Shown: positions 48,371 through 59,280, numbered from the stretch's first letter. The stretch is DNA of 64,000 nt from Candidatus Pelearchaeum maunauluense (GCA_030059675.1 JANVYQ010000006.1:47940-111939); one strand, 5' to 3'. The notes: a model not told the origin generated them from the sequence alone. Numbers and translations: made by a program.

Positions 48371-49435
48371 ATGTACTCCGTTGAGCTGGATAATATCGTG
48401 AAGAGATTCGGCAACGTGGCGGCGGTGGATAACGTATCACTAAAGATAAGGGAGAATGAATTCTTCTCACTCCTAGGGCCGAGTGGATGCGGCAAGACGA
48501 CGACACTCAGAATAATCGCAGGCCTTGAAGAGCCTGACAGCGGCGTGGTCAGACTTCACGGCCAAGACGTTACCGATGTCCCAACACACAAACGTAACAT
48601 CGGGATGGTCTTCCAACATCTGGCGCTCTTCCCACATATGAATGTCTTTGAAAACGTGGCGTTTGGCCTGAAGATGCGTAAAGTCCCCAAGAACGAGATA
48701 AAGGATCGCGTGAAGGCGATTCTGGAAGTTGTTGACCTCAGCGGTATGGAGGCGAGGAGAATAAACCAGCTCAGCGGAGGCCAGCAACAAAGAGTCGCGC
48801 TTGCACGCGCGTTGGTAACGGAGCCAAGCGTCCTATTGCTTGACGAGCCCCTGGGAGCTCTTGACCTCAAGATAAGGCAGCACATGATGGTTGAGCTGAA
48901 GAACATCCAGAGAAGGGTGGGGACGACGTTCATCTATGTAACACATGACCAGACAGAAGCTATGACCATGTCTGACCGAATAGCTATTATGAAAGATGGC
49001 CGACTTCAGCAGGTTGGCACGCCCACTGAGGTATATTTCAAGCCTATGAGCGCTTTTGTGGCTTCGTTCATAGGTGAGGCGATAAACCTGATAAGAGGAA
49101 GAATTCAGGATGGAATCTTAACAACGCAAGACCTAGGTCAGCCCATCCTAGTAAATCATGGCGAGAACTCTTCCGAGGCGTACTTGGCAGTTAGACCTGA
49201 AATAATTAGCATAGATAACGAGCTGGAAGGATTGGACAACATATTGGATGGGATAGTTAGGGATGTGATTTTCAAGGGCTCATATATAGAGTATCGGGTT
49301 GAAGTTGGGCCACGTGTGTTCGTGGTTCATCAGCATAGCCGTGCTTTGATGCAACGTAATTTCACGGTGGGCGAAAGGGTTAAGATTGGGTGGCGGCGCA
49401 ACGAGGGAGCAATAATACCGTCATCAGGCGTTTAA
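48371..49435 (+). CDS. potA: Polyamine ABC ATPase
   Basis: [28 protein letters not shown]-like tail. Confidence 0.92.
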   Translation: MYSVELDNIVKRFGNVAAVDNVSLKIRENEFFSLLGPSGCGKTTTLRIIAGLEEPDSGVVRLHGQDVTDVPTHKRNIGMVFQHLALFPHMNVFENVAFGLKMRKVPKNEIKDRVKAILEVVDLSGMEARRINQLSGGQQQRVALARALVTEPSVLLLDEPLGALDLKIRQHMMVELKNIQRRVGTTFIYVTHDQTEAMTMSDRIAIMKDGRLQQVGTPTEVYFKPMSAFVASFIGEAINLIRGRIQDGILTTQDLGQPILVNHGENSSEAYLAVRPEIISIDNELEGLDNILDGIVRDVIFKGSYIEYRVEVGPRVFVVHQHSRALMQRNFTVGERVKIGWRRNEGAIIPSSGV

Positions 49436-49485
49436 GGATTAAAAAGGGTAATAGGCTTGTCTTCATAACTTAGGCTGGTTGCGCT

Positions 49486-50661
49486 ATGCGGATAGCTGTT
49501 CTGGGTGGTGCTGGGCTAACTGGCCAGTGCGCGGCAAAGAACCTTGCAGAGAGTAAGGCGGTATCCGAGGTTCTGATGGCGGATATAAACGAGAAGAGAG
49601 TAGCTACTGTTGCGGAGAAGCTTGGAAACAATAAGCTCACAACCGCGCGGGTTGATGTGAAAAATCATGATGAGACAGCCAAGCTTCTTCAAGGCTTTGA
49701 CGTGGTGATAAACGCTGTACAATACTATCTAAACCTTGACGTGATGCATGCAGCGCTTAAGGCAGGGGTAAACTACGTAGATTTGGGAGGGCTTTATCAC
49801 ATGACGTTAAAGCAGCTTGAGTTGGACCAGTTGTTTAGGTCTGAGGGGCTTACGGCGGTAATAGGGATGGGCGCGCAGCCTGGAATAACGAACACCGTAG
49901 CCAAATATGCTTCGGCGCTCCTTGATTACATGCGGGCTGTGAAGATACGCGACGGCTCGCGGGACCTTACCGAGAATGCTCCACCATTCGTAGTTACTTG
50001 GTCGCTTCAAACGCTTTTGGATGAGCTTGTTTTAGATGCGGTGATATACGAGGATGGCCAGCTAAAGACAATCCCGCCGCTTTCACGCTCAGAGGTGGTG
50101 GAATTCCCAGAGCCCGTAGGCACTCTGGAGACATATGTAACCATACACTCCGAGATAGCAACGTTCCCCAAGACGTTTAGGGATAAGGGTCTTCGGTATA
50201 ATGATTGGATGGAGGGCAGTCCTGACCTTATGGCTTTGAAGTTGCTAGCTGATATAGGCTTGGCAGATACTAGAGAGGTGGAGGTAGCTGGCGTTAGGGT
50301 GAAGCCTAGGAGTTTTCTGCTGGGGCTTATAGAGGCTCGTGGCCTAATAGGCTATCCTGAAGACATAGTCCCCAACGACTGGGAGATTACGCGCGTGATT
50401 GTTGAAGGGGCTAAAGATAGCCGTGAGCTGAGGTTGGTTTATGATATTATCATACCGCCGAAGCCTGAGTGGAAGATGAGCTGCGCCCAGGTTGGCGTGG
50501 GAATACCAGCGTCAATAGTAGCGATGATGATTGCCGATGGGGAGATAAACACCAAGGGAGTGGTTCCCCCAGAAGTATGCGTACCTCCTGAGAGGCTCTT
50601 TGAAGAGTTGGGAAAACACGGTATAAGAATAGTGGAGAATATATCAGGTCCCATAAACTAG
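49486..50661 (+). CDS. Saccharopine dehydrogenase-like oxidoreductase (lysine 6-dehydrogenase-like)
   Basis: GGAGLTG, YVDLGGL, GAQPG.TN, HSE.ATFP, GVVPPE. Confidence 0.85.
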   Translation: MRIAVLGGAGLTGQCAAKNLAESKAVSEVLMADINEKRVATVAEKLGNNKLTTARVDVKNHDETAKLLQGFDVVINAVQYYLNLDVMHAALKAGVNYVDLGGLYHMTLKQLELDQLFRSEGLTAVIGMGAQPGITNTVAKYASALLDYMRAVKIRDGSRDLTENAPPFVVTWSLQTLLDELVLDAVIYEDGQLKTIPPLSRSEVVEFPEPVGTLETYVTIHSEIATFPKTFRDKGLRYNDWMEGSPDLMALKLLADIGLADTREVEVAGVRVKPRSFLLGLIEARGLIGYPEDIVPNDWEITRVIVEGAKDSRELRLVYDIIIPPKPEWKMSCAQVGVGIPASIVAMMIADGEINTKGVVPPEVCVPPERLFEELGKHGIRIVENISGPIN

Positions 50662-52022
50662 AGAACCTCATCAACCGCGAGCCTTCCAAACTCGCCCTTA
50701 ATCTCCCTAACAGAGTGCTTCATGGCTTCAAGAGTCTTCTCAACATCTTCCCTACTATGCTGCACCGAGACGGTCCACTGCTCATCAAAGCTTAAAGCCT
50801 GCGGGATCACCCCGCGCGCGAGCATCCGCATTATCCACGCATACCATCTACCGAAGTTGCTATAACGTAGAAAGTCTCTCCAATTCTTTACAGGCTCTTT
50901 ACAGAAATAGATTGTTCCGCTAGTGGCTATATGTGAGACATGAGCTTCAATTCCAGAGTCTTGTAGGATATCCTCGTAGCCGCGGGCCAGCTCTTGGCTT
51001 AGCTGCTGTGCGTGTCTAAGGCCGTCTTCGGTTAATATCTTGGTTAGCGTGATGTATGCCGCCGATACTGACAGGATGTTAGAGTTGAACGTTCCTCCAT
51101 GCGCAGTCTTGTTAGGCCCTACAACGTCAAAGATTTCTCTTCTAGCCAGAACAGCCGAGAGTGGATAACCTCCAGCGATTGGCTTTGCTGCAACCATGAT
51201 ATCCCCACGTATGCCGAAATAGTCTTGGGCGCCGCGTAGGAATTTTCCACTTGTCTTGACCTCATCAAATATCAGGAGAGAATTATACTCTTCAGTCAGT
51301 TCTTTCAATCCTTTCATAAACTCTATATCTGGTATGACTACACCCATGTTCATTGCTATCGGCTCTATGATGACACCAGCTATCTCGTTGCCGTGTTCGC
51401 GCATTATCTTCTCTGTTGCTTCCAAATCATTGTATGGCGCGACTACTATTAGGTTTGTGAGCTCGTCGGGCATGCCTAGGCTGGCTGGAACAGAGTTGGG
51501 CTTACGTGGATGCCCTGCTCTGTAGATGCTGGGCTTAACGCTGACCATGACTTGTTCATGCGTGCCGTGAAAACATCCCTCAAACTTTAGTATCTTCTTA
51601 CGCTGGGTAAATGCCCGCGCCAGCCTCACAGCGAGTAGCGTGGCTTCAAGCCCCGTAGTGGAGTAGCGGACCATATCATATCCATATCTCTGCGTGAGGA
51701 CTTCCGCCAGCTTCACGGAGATTTCAGTCTCAAATCCATAGATTGTCCCATCTTCGATAATTCTCCGCATCTCCTCCACAAGTATTGGATGCGCGTGGCC
51801 TATTCCGAGAGCTCCGAAAGCCATGTTATAGTCTATATACTCGTTTCCATCGGCGTCCCATATTCTAGAGCCGCGTCCCTTCTTCATGAAAAGGGGGTAT
51901 GGATCAAAGATGCGCCAGTTGCTGTGAACCCCAAACGGTGTGAGGTTGAGAGCGCGTCTATAAAGTTCGGCTGATGCCTTCGTTCTCTCCCTAAACTCCC
52001 TAGTAAAATCATCATTAGCCAC
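50658..52022 (-). CDS. Glutamate-1-semialdehyde aminomutase-like class III aminotransferase
   Basis: GVHSN.R, KFEGCFHG, FDEVKT, HGGTFN. Confidence 0.85.
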   Translation of the reverse strand: MANDDFTREFRERTKASAELYRRALNLTPFGVHSNWRIFDPYPLFMKKGRGSRIWDADGNEYIDYNMAFGALGIGHAHPILVEEMRRIIEDGTIYGFETEISVKLAEVLTQRYGYDMVRYSTTGLEATLLAVRLARAFTQRKKILKFEGCFHGTHEQVMVSVKPSIYRAGHPRKPNSVPASLGMPDELTNLIVVAPYNDLEATEKIMREHGNEIAGVIIEPIAMNMGVVIPDIEFMKGLKELTEEYNSLLIFDEVKTSGKFLRGAQDYFGIRGDIMVAAKPIAGGYPLSAVLARREIFDVVGPNKTAHGGTFNSNILSVSAAYITLTKILTEDGLRHAQQLSQELARGYEDILQDSGIEAHVSHIATSGTIYFCKEPVKNWRDFLRYSNFGRWYAWIMRMLARGVIPQALSFDEQWTVSVQHSREDVEKTLEAMKHSVREIKGEFGRLAVDEVL

Positions 52023-52077
52023 AGTTGCCTCTCCAAGCTATAGCTTATATAAGCTTTACAGAACGAAACAAAGAGAA

Positions 52078-52713
52078 TCATTTTCTAGGTGTTCTCTCGC
52101 CCGTTACTATATAATCCACTGAGTCGCCCACATACGTTGCGTGGTCTGCTATCCTCTCTAGATACCTGAGAATCAACGTCGTAGCCATGTCGCATCGCTT
52201 GCTTGAGAGTGGATTACTAAGCGCCCTCTTAACATGCTGGACATAAGCATAATCTACTTCATCATCCATCTTTTTCAGACTACGCGCTAATTCTACGTTC
52301 CTCTCCTTAAACGCCTGCACACTTACTTTAATCATCGCCTTAACCTTCTCACCAACCTGCTTAACCAGCGTTGTATCGCATTCTTCCAAATTCCCGAACA
52401 TTCCCAGAACCTGCGTAATATCGTAAGCATATCTACCAAAACGTGAAAAGCCGTATGCTATCTCCATGCATGACCTTATGTATCTGAGGTCTGTTGCCAC
52501 GGGTTGGTAGCGTGCGATAAGCTCAACAGCCAGCTCAGCTACCTCGTCCTGATACCAGCGAAGCTCCTCAGATAGTTGGAAGACTTCCTCACGCATATCA
52601 CGGCCTTTAACATAGCTCTCTATAGCCGTCTCTACGGCCTTCTCACTTATCGCTGCCATGTCCAGCAGCATGTTAGATAGACGCTCAAGACCCATATCCA
52701 TCAATCTAGGCAT
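52078..52713 (-). CDS. phoU: Phosphate transport regulator PhoU
   Basis: YQPVATDLR, DDEVD, LERIADHA. Confidence 0.93.
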   Translation of the reverse strand: MPRLMDMGLERLSNMLLDMAAISEKAVETAIESYVKGRDMREEVFQLSEELRWYQDEVAELAVELIARYQPVATDLRYIRSCMEIAYGFSRFGRYAYDITQVLGMFGNLEECDTTLVKQVGEKVKAMIKVSVQAFKERNVELARSLKKMDDEVDYAYVQHVKRALSNPLSSKRCDMATTLILRYLERIADHATYVGDSVDYIVTGERTPRK

Positions 52714-52719
52714 ATATAA

Positions 52720-53547
52720 TCACCCAATCCTGCCGCGTATATAGTCCTCCGTCCTCTTCTCGCGAGGGTTCGTAAATATTTCACGCGTAGAGCCAAACTC
52801 TACCAGCCTCCCTATGCCATGCTCATCAGGCATCATTACGGCGGTATAATCAGAGACGCGCGCAGCTTGCTGCATGTTATGAGTTACTATCACTATCGTA
52901 TATCTCTCCTTGAGCTGTATCATCAACTCCTCTATACGCGCTGTTGATACTGGGTCCAGTGATGCCGCTGGCTCGTCCATGAGTAGTACTTCAGGCTCAA
53001 CCGCTAGTGCGCGTGCTATGCATAGGCGCTGCTGCTGGCCTCCAGAGAGCTCGTATGCGCTGTGGTTAAGCCTGTCTTTTACCTCGTCCCATAGAGCGGC
53101 AAGCTTCAGAGCCTCTTCCACACGCTTAGCAACATCACCCTTATACCCGTTTATCTTAAGGCCGAACGCGACATTCTCAAAGATATTCTTCGGAAACGGG
53201 TTGGGCTTCTGAAAGACCATACCTATACGCGACCTGATATAATACGAATCAACATCCGAGTCATAGATATTCTTACCGTTGAATAAGACCTTGCCCTCCA
53301 CACGCGCACCTCTTATCAGGTCGTTCATCCTGTTTAGGCATCGCAGAAGTGTTGTTTTCCCGCATCCAGAAGGCCCTATGATTGCTGTTATATTGTTCTT
53401 CGGTATGGATATGTTTATGTCTTTTATTGCGTACCGCCCATTATAACTGACGGAGAGGTTAACTGTCCGTATTACTGTCCTCTCCTCCTCGATGTGCGTG
53501 GACTTCTCCTCAGCGGGCAGCTCCGAATCCCCCAACTCCACCTTCAT
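52720..53547 (-). CDS. pstB: Phosphate ABC ATPase
   Basis: [23 protein letters not shown]. Confidence 0.96.
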   Translation of the reverse strand: MKVELGDSELPAEEKSTHIEEERTVIRTVNLSVSYNGRYAIKDINISIPKNNITAIIGPSGCGKTTLLRCLNRMNDLIRGARVEGKVLFNGKNIYDSDVDSYYIRSRIGMVFQKPNPFPKNIFENVAFGLKINGYKGDVAKRVEEALKLAALWDEVKDRLNHSAYELSGGQQQRLCIARALAVEPEVLLMDEPAASLDPVSTARIEELMIQLKERYTIVIVTHNMQQAARVSDYTAVMMPDEHGIGRLVEFGSTREIFTNPREKRTEDYIRGRIG

Positions 53548-53549
53548 AC

Positions 53550-54440
53550 CTACTCAATCACCCTCTTTTGAAGCTTGTTGCGCAATATTATTGCCGCTGC
53601 ATTCATCATGAGAAGTAGAGCCAGTAGAACTATTATTCCAGCAGCCGAAAGCTCTCGCATCTCAGGCTGGGGCCTGCTTATCCAGTTGAATATCTGGAGC
53701 GGCATGACCGTAAACTCGTCAAATACCCAGCGTGGAGCGTCTCTAATAAAGAGAAGCCCGCTTATAACGAGTAGGGGCGCTGCCTCACCTATTGCTCTGG
53801 AGGTGGAGAGTATGCTTCCAGTCAATATTCCTGGGAGAGCCTCTGGTAGGATTATCTTGGCTATGACTTGGAGTTTCGTGGCTCCGAGGGCGTAGGCGCC
53901 CAGCTTATGCAGCTCTGGCACGGCTTTTATCGCCTCCACAGAAGCCACCACTATTACTGGAAGTATTAGGAAGGCCAGCGTTATGGCCCCAGCTATCACG
54001 GAGCGGCCTAGGCCGAGGGTATATACGAGCAGGCTTAGGCCAACTAGGCCATAGACCACCGAGGGAACACCCGCGAGGTTCGTCAAGTTGAAGTATACCA
54101 GATTCCTAAGCCTCTCGTTCTTGGAAAACTCTGTCAGATAAAGCGCTGTGGCCACGCCTATGGGAACCGCTATTATCGCAGCTAGGCCGACCACCCATAC
54201 CGAGCCGAGTAATGCTGGGTATATTCCTGCCTTAGCGGGCGTCGCTGAGGGTGGGTTGGTTAAGAAGCTGGGCGAAAGCCGCGCCGCCCCGTCTATAAAG
54301 ACTGTTATAAGAAGGAGAGAGAGGAAGAGGATGCCGAGAGATATGCCGAGAAGAAGTATGAAGCTCACGCTCCTGTCAGCGAATATGAGTAGTGCACCAC
54401 TTCCACGAAACAAGCCCTGTCTCAAGTCTTGATTCCCCAT
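53550..54440 (-). CDS. pstA: Phosphate ABC permease
   Basis: [19 protein letters not shown]. Confidence 0.94.
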   Translation of the reverse strand: MGNQDLRQGLFRGSGALLIFADRSVSFILLLGISLGILFLSLLLITVFIDGAARLSPSFLTNPPSATPAKAGIYPALLGSVWVVGLAAIIAVPIGVATALYLTEFSKNERLRNLVYFNLTNLAGVPSVVYGLVGLSLLVYTLGLGRSVIAGAITLAFLILPVIVVASVEAIKAVPELHKLGAYALGATKLQVIAKIILPEALPGILTGSILSTSRAIGEAAPLLVISGLLFIRDAPRWVFDEFTVMPLQIFNWISRPQPEMRELSAAGIIVLLALLLMMNAAAIILRNKLQKRVIE

Positions 54441-55336
54441 TTCCTCACCACCAAATTGCCCACAAGGTTAAGAAGCATAACCATTAAGAAAAGATAAAGA
54501 CCAACAGCGAAGATTGACTGGTATTCAATTCCTCCCTGCTCAAAATCTCCAGTAGCCATTTGTGCTATGAAGCTAGTCATGGTCTGCACTGCTTCAAGGG
54601 GGTTGAGGGTTAAGACTGGACTGAAACCTGCTGCGATGGCTACTATCATGGTCTCGCCAACAGCTCGCGCAAGACCGAGGATGAATGATGCGATTATCCC
54701 TGAGAGCGCGGCTGGGACAACGACCTTGAATATGACCTGAATCTTACGTGCCCCAAGCGAGTATGCGGCTTGTCTAAGGGTTTCGGGAACGGCATAGAGC
54801 GCGTCCTCGCTCAACGACGCTACTGTTGGGATTATCATTACACCCATAGCCAGGCCAGCGGATAGGGCGTTGTAGAAACTAATGTCTGGAAATAGGCTGG
54901 ACTTGAGCAGGGGGGTTATTGTGTATATTGCGAAGTATCCATAAACCACCGTCGGTATTCCAGCTAGTATCTCCAGGATGGGCTTAATGACCGCGCGCAC
55001 CCTAGGCGAGGCATACTCGCTTAAGTATATCGCAGAGCCAAGCCCAACAGTCGCGGAGAGGCCTATAGCCACACCAGAGGTTAAGAGAGTTCCAACAAGA
55101 AGCGGGACTGCCCCAAACTTCTTATCGGCAAATAGGGCAGTCCACTCAGTTCCAAATATAAATTCAAGGGGAGACACCTCACGGAAAAACGACGCTGATT
55201 CAACTACTAGCGTGGCCATTATGACTATCAGCGCAGATATGGTGAGTAGCGCCGTGCCTAGAAGCCCTAGGCCAACTATCTTCTCCGAGAGTCGTGCAGC
55301 GCTGAAAGAGCTTCTCCGAGAATCATCCATCTCCAT
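54422..55336 (-). CDS. pstC: Phosphate ABC permease
   Basis: LAGIPTVVYG, RAVGETMIV. Confidence 0.94.
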   Translation of the reverse strand: MEMDDSRRSSFSAARLSEKIVGLGLLGTALLTISALIVIMATLVVESASFFREVSPLEFIFGTEWTALFADKKFGAVPLLVGTLLTSGVAIGLSATVGLGSAIYLSEYASPRVRAVIKPILEILAGIPTVVYGYFAIYTITPLLKSSLFPDISFYNALSAGLAMGVMIIPTVASLSEDALYAVPETLRQAAYSLGARKIQVIFKVVVPAALSGIIASFILGLARAVGETMIVAIAAGFSPVLTLNPLEAVQTMTSFIAQMATGDFEQGGIEYQSIFAVGLYLFLMVMLLNLVGNLVVRKWGIKT

Positions 55337-55345
55337 CCGCCAGCT

Positions 55346-56383
55346 TCACTCCAGCCGCGTGAGCTTTAGAAGGTCATCATGAAGACCTGCCTTAAGAAAG
55401 GCCAAAGCCCGCTTATAGTAGCTCTCAGGGAATGGCGTATAGCCGACCATAGGAACTAGCTGGGGGGCATTCTCTAGGTAGAACTCAACAAAACGCCTAA
55501 GCTCAGGCTTCTCCTCAAACTTCTGCTTATTCACGTATATGAAAAGCGGCCGCGAGAGTGGGTACTTGAATGTTCTTATGTTCTCATCTGTTGGCTCTAT
55601 GCATCCTTCTCCAGCGTTTATCGGGACTGCTCTTATCCTATCCTTCGCTATTGCATAGTAGGCGTATCCGAAGTATGCCAGCGCGTATTTCTCAGCTTCC
55701 ACGCCAGCCACCAGAACATTATCATCCTCACTCGCTACGTAGTCCGTCCTACTAGCGCCAGACTCTCCGACAACATGCTCGGTAAAGAAGTCAAAAGTGC
55801 CCGAATCTGGGCCAGGGCCGTAGAGTTTTATCTCCACATCAGGCCACTCTGGCCGTATATCACTCCATTTCCGCACACCGCTCTTAGGCTCCCAGATTAG
55901 CTTAAGCTCCGCGATTGTAAAACAATCCACCCAATCGTTATCGTTATTCACAACTACTGATAGCCCGTCAATACCTATCGGTATCTCTATCCATTCAACA
56001 CCGTTTTTTTGCGCTCTCTCAACCTCGCTGGGCTCTATCTGCCGCGATGCATCGTTTATATCGGTCTCGCCTTTGATGAACCGTTTAAACCCGCCGCCAG
56101 TTCCAGAGATTCCAACGGTAACCCTAACGTCTGGGTATTCGTTCATGAACGCCTCCGCCACAACCTCGGTTATGGGATACACCGTGCTGGAACCGTCTAT
56201 CACTATACTGCCAGACAGCTCGGAAACGATAAAATCCGTTCCCGTTATTGTAACTGTAACAGTCTTCGCACCGCCTGCGTTTGCTTGAGAACTAAGCATA
56301 TAGCCAAGACCAACACCCAAGAGCAACATTATCATGGCCAAGACCGCCGTGCTGGTTGCGGCTGCGAGCTTGGGTTTACTCAT
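55346..56383 (-). CDS. pstS: Phosphate ABC substrate-binding protein
   Basis: DGSSTVYP, SGTGGG, DSGTFDFF, YPLSRPLF. Confidence 0.95.
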   Translation of the reverse strand: MSKPKLAAATSTAVLAMIMLLLGVGLGYMLSSQANAGGAKTVTVTITGTDFIVSELSGSIVIDGSSTVYPITEVVAEAFMNEYPDVRVTVGISGTGGGFKRFIKGETDINDASRQIEPSEVERAQKNGVEWIEIPIGIDGLSVVVNNDNDWVDCFTIAELKLIWEPKSGVRKWSDIRPEWPDVEIKLYGPGPDSGTFDFFTEHVVGESGASRTDYVASEDDNVLVAGVEAEKYALAYFGYAYYAIAKDRIRAVPINAGEGCIEPTDENIRTFKYPLSRPLFIYVNKQKFEEKPELRRFVEFYLENAPQLVPMVGYTPFPESYYKRALAFLKAGLHDDLLKLTRLE

Positions 56384-56406
56384 CTTCGGGCTGGCGGCCT
56401 GCTAGC

Positions 56407-56470
56407 CATAATATTAAGATAGGCGGTATTCTATATTTAATATATCGTCATCTATATAGAGATATATTGA
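56407..56470. promoter_or_regulatory. Divergent pstS / regulator promoter with AT-rich repeats (PHO-box-like)
   Basis: (C/A)TATAT units at 56431, 56440, 56452, 56462; palindrome TCTATATAGA 56451-56460. Confidence 0.55.
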
Positions 56471-56490
56471 AGCTAGTCTGCCGAATTAGC

Positions 56491-57522
56491 ATGGCCAACG
56501 GCCAGGAGTTCGTCAGGCGATTGCAACAAACTGGCGGAGCCACGCTTATAGTCTCTCTTCCAAAGGAATGGATAGACCGGACAGGGCTTAAGAAGTTTGA
56601 TGAAATACTACTCGTATCAAGTGATGATGGGACACTCCACATAATTCCCCGTAACATGAGCAATAAGACGCAGCAGGAGGAATTCACAGTTGATGTTATG
56701 CCCAACGAAACCGCCGAGGGCGTTTTGAGAGACTACATGTCCGCCTACCTTGCTGGATACAACACTATAAGGATAAGGTTTGACGAGCCCTCACCAGGAT
56801 TGGCTCAGAAGATACGCCAACTGGTGAGGAGATGGCTTATAGGAGTTGAGGTTGTGGAAGAGACAATACATGAGATGGTTACTCAGTGTCTTCCTACGCA
56901 TAATAGCCTTCCCCTGATGAAGGCTTTGGAGAGGATGGGTAGCATTGCTTCTAGTATGCAGCGTGAGGCTGTCTCAGCTTTAGCGGAGCAGAATAAGAGC
57001 ATAGCCCTAGAAGTCGTGCAGCGCGACGATGAGGTTGATAGATTCTACCACTTCATAGTGAGGCAGCTTAACATAGCGGTATCAAGCCCAGTCATATTGA
57101 AGTCTCTCGGCCTCAACAATAGGCAAGACTGCCTAGGATACATGCTGGTAACAAAGAGCATAGAGCGCGCGGCGGACCATGCCTCTTCAATAGCCAACCT
57201 TTCCATGACTCTCCATAGCTCCAAATCATCAATATTGGAGAAGATAGTTGAGGCTGGCTACAGGGCTAATAAGTTGTTTGATGACGCATTAAAGTCAATA
57301 CTCCAGACCGATAGGGAGGCGGCTAAGCAAACAATACAACAGGCGGAGGATGTTACTAAGATGACGCATGAGCTTAATAATCAGTTAATCAGGAAATCAA
57401 TAACATCCACGGCATTGAGGCTTCTTCTGGAGAATATTAAGCGAATAGCTGAATATAGCTCAGATATATCGGAAGTGGCTGTAAATCTATCCGTGAAGAA
57501 GCCTAGGATTAATCTTATGTGA
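56491..57522 (+). CDS. AbrB-PhoU phosphate uptake regulator
   Basis: RRLQQTGG.T..VSLPKEW, RDDEVDR, IERAADHA; ATG 56491. Confidence 0.92.
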   Translation: MANGQEFVRRLQQTGGATLIVSLPKEWIDRTGLKKFDEILLVSSDDGTLHIIPRNMSNKTQQEEFTVDVMPNETAEGVLRDYMSAYLAGYNTIRIRFDEPSPGLAQKIRQLVRRWLIGVEVVEETIHEMVTQCLPTHNSLPLMKALERMGSIASSMQREAVSALAEQNKSIALEVVQRDDEVDRFYHFIVRQLNIAVSSPVILKSLGLNNRQDCLGYMLVTKSIERAADHASSIANLSMTLHSSKSSILEKIVEAGYRANKLFDDALKSILQTDREAAKQTIQQAEDVTKMTHELNNQLIRKSITSTALRLLLENIKRIAEYSSDISEVAVNLSVKKPRINLM

Positions 57523-57540
57523 TTCTGAGGGGTTAGGCTA

Positions 57541-58635
57541 TTGGCTGGGAATATTCTCGGTGAGCGTTTTGTTGTTGTAAGCTTCGGTGAGAGCCATGGA
57601 AGGTGTGTGGGTGTTGTCGTTGATGGCTGTCCAGCGGGGCTTGGGATAAGCGAAGAAGAAATACAGGCTGAGCTTGACAAGAGGAAGCCTGGCCAGTCAA
57701 TAGTTACAACAACCCGCCGCGAGGAGGATAGGGTTGAGATTCTCTCTGGCGTGTTTGAGGGAAGGACAACAGGCGCTCCAATATGCATGCTAATCTGGAA
57801 CAGGGATGTGGATTCGTCGCCATACAGGGCTATACTGAACACGCCTAGGCCTGGTCATGCCGATTATGTGGCTCGTGTGAAGTATGGCGGGTTTAATGAC
57901 TGGCGTGGTGGTGGCCGTTTCTCAGGCAGGATAACGGCTGGCTTCGTTATGGCTGGGGCTATTGCCAAGAAGCTACTTAGAGAAAAGCTGGGGATTGAGG
58001 TTCTGGCATTTACCCGCGAGATAGGCGGCGTTAGGCTGGGAGACGTTTCGGTGGAGGAGATACGCTCCAAGAGATACGGCAACGAGGTGCGTTGCCCAGA
58101 TGAGGAGGTCGCTGAAGAGATGAAGCGGCTTATAGTTAAGGCGCGTGGCGAGGGCGACAGCCTAGGTGGAGTGGTTGAATGCATAGCGCTAAACATGCCC
58201 ATAGGCCTGGGAGAGCCTGTCTTCAGCTCTCTTGACGCCGACCTAGCGAGGGCTCTCTTCGCCATACCAGCGGTTAAGGGAGTGGAGTTCGGCGCAGGAT
58301 TCGGGGCTACGCGCATGCGCGGCTCAGAGCATAACGACCCCTACACAATCAGAGATGGAAAAGTTGAAACGGTCACAAACAATGCGGGTGGAATACTCGG
58401 CGGCCTATCAAATGGTATGCCCTTAGTTCTCCGCGTGGCTTTTAAGCCAGCCTCGTCAATTGCGAAACAGCAGAAGACCGTGAATCTTGAAAATATGAGC
58501 GAGACAACGATACAGGTTCCAGGCCGCCACGACCCTACGGTTGTTCCTAGAGCTGTTCCAGTTGTTGAGGCTGTAGTGGCTATAGTGTTAGCTGACCATG
58601 CCTTGAGAGCTGGCTTGATAGGATGCGTGGTTTAA
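57541..58635 (+). CDS. aroC: Chorismate synthase
   Basis: [35 protein letters not shown]. Confidence 0.97.
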   Translation: MAGNILGERFVVVSFGESHGRCVGVVVDGCPAGLGISEEEIQAELDKRKPGQSIVTTTRREEDRVEILSGVFEGRTTGAPICMLIWNRDVDSSPYRAILNTPRPGHADYVARVKYGGFNDWRGGGRFSGRITAGFVMAGAIAKKLLREKLGIEVLAFTREIGGVRLGDVSVEEIRSKRYGNEVRCPDEEVAEEMKRLIVKARGEGDSLGGVVECIALNMPIGLGEPVFSSLDADLARALFAIPAVKGVEFGAGFGATRMRGSEHNDPYTIRDGKVETVTNNAGGILGGLSNGMPLVLRVAFKPASSIAKQQKTVNLENMSETTIQVPGRHDPTVVPRAVPVVEAVVAIVLADHALRAGLIGCVV

Positions 58636-58675
58636 AGGAATCGTTTATCAACGATAGCTGCGAGACGCTGTACAT

Positions 58676-59208
58676 ATGGCGGGTAGGGAGATTAGGTTCT
58701 CGGAAGATTTTATAAAACGTATGGAGAGGCGGATGGAGTTCTTCAAGCAAGCCGACGAGAAAGGCACTAGACAGTGGATTGAGGTTGAAGTTGTTAAGCA
58801 TGATAACCTGTTGTCAGAAGCATCTATGCGCGGGGGAGATATAACATGGTTCTCCGACGAGCCCCCTCCCAGGGAGGTTCTGGAAGAGGCGTAAGCCCCC
58901 TAGCCTACTTCCTCTCCAGCCTAGGCCTATGTCAGTTCGTCCATTATGCCGAACATGCTTCAACACGAAAAATACCGCTAAAATCTCTCAGAATGGTTGT
59001 GCGTGGTAAGTTCTCCATAGCTCATCCGCGAAGTTTTGAGGAGATAATCTACGAGTTCTTCATAGAGAGCGATGCCGACAGAGACACAGTATCTTGGCTA
59101 GCACAGAGAGCGGCAGACGACTGCTACGTTACGAACACGCTCAAAAAAGCATGCAGCGTCAGGGGAGTGATAATCCATAACGGAGAGAAGCTGCTTGAGC
59201 TTGCTTAA
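58676..59208 (+). pseudogene. OsmC-like protein split by a single frameshift
   Basis: One extra C in CCCCC 58862-58866 restores DEPPSQGGSG.G.SPL...C...DCYV. Confidence 0.75.
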
Positions 59209-59214
59209 GCATCA

Positions 59215-59280
59215 GCGGCTCAGCCAAATGCCTCGCAATCACCTACGAGGTTCAGCTTAACTCTGGGTCATCACAGCCGC
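59215..59280 (-). ncRNA. Box C/D 2'-O-methylation guide sRNA (double guide, 23S rRNA targets)
   Basis: GCGGC-t-GTGATGA(C)-CCCAGAGTTAAG-CTGA(D')-acctcgtagg-TGATTG(C')-CGAGGCATTTGG-CTGA(D)-GCCGC; 5-bp terminal stem, 12-nt guides, CTTAAA TATA about 25 nt upstream. Confidence 0.9.
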
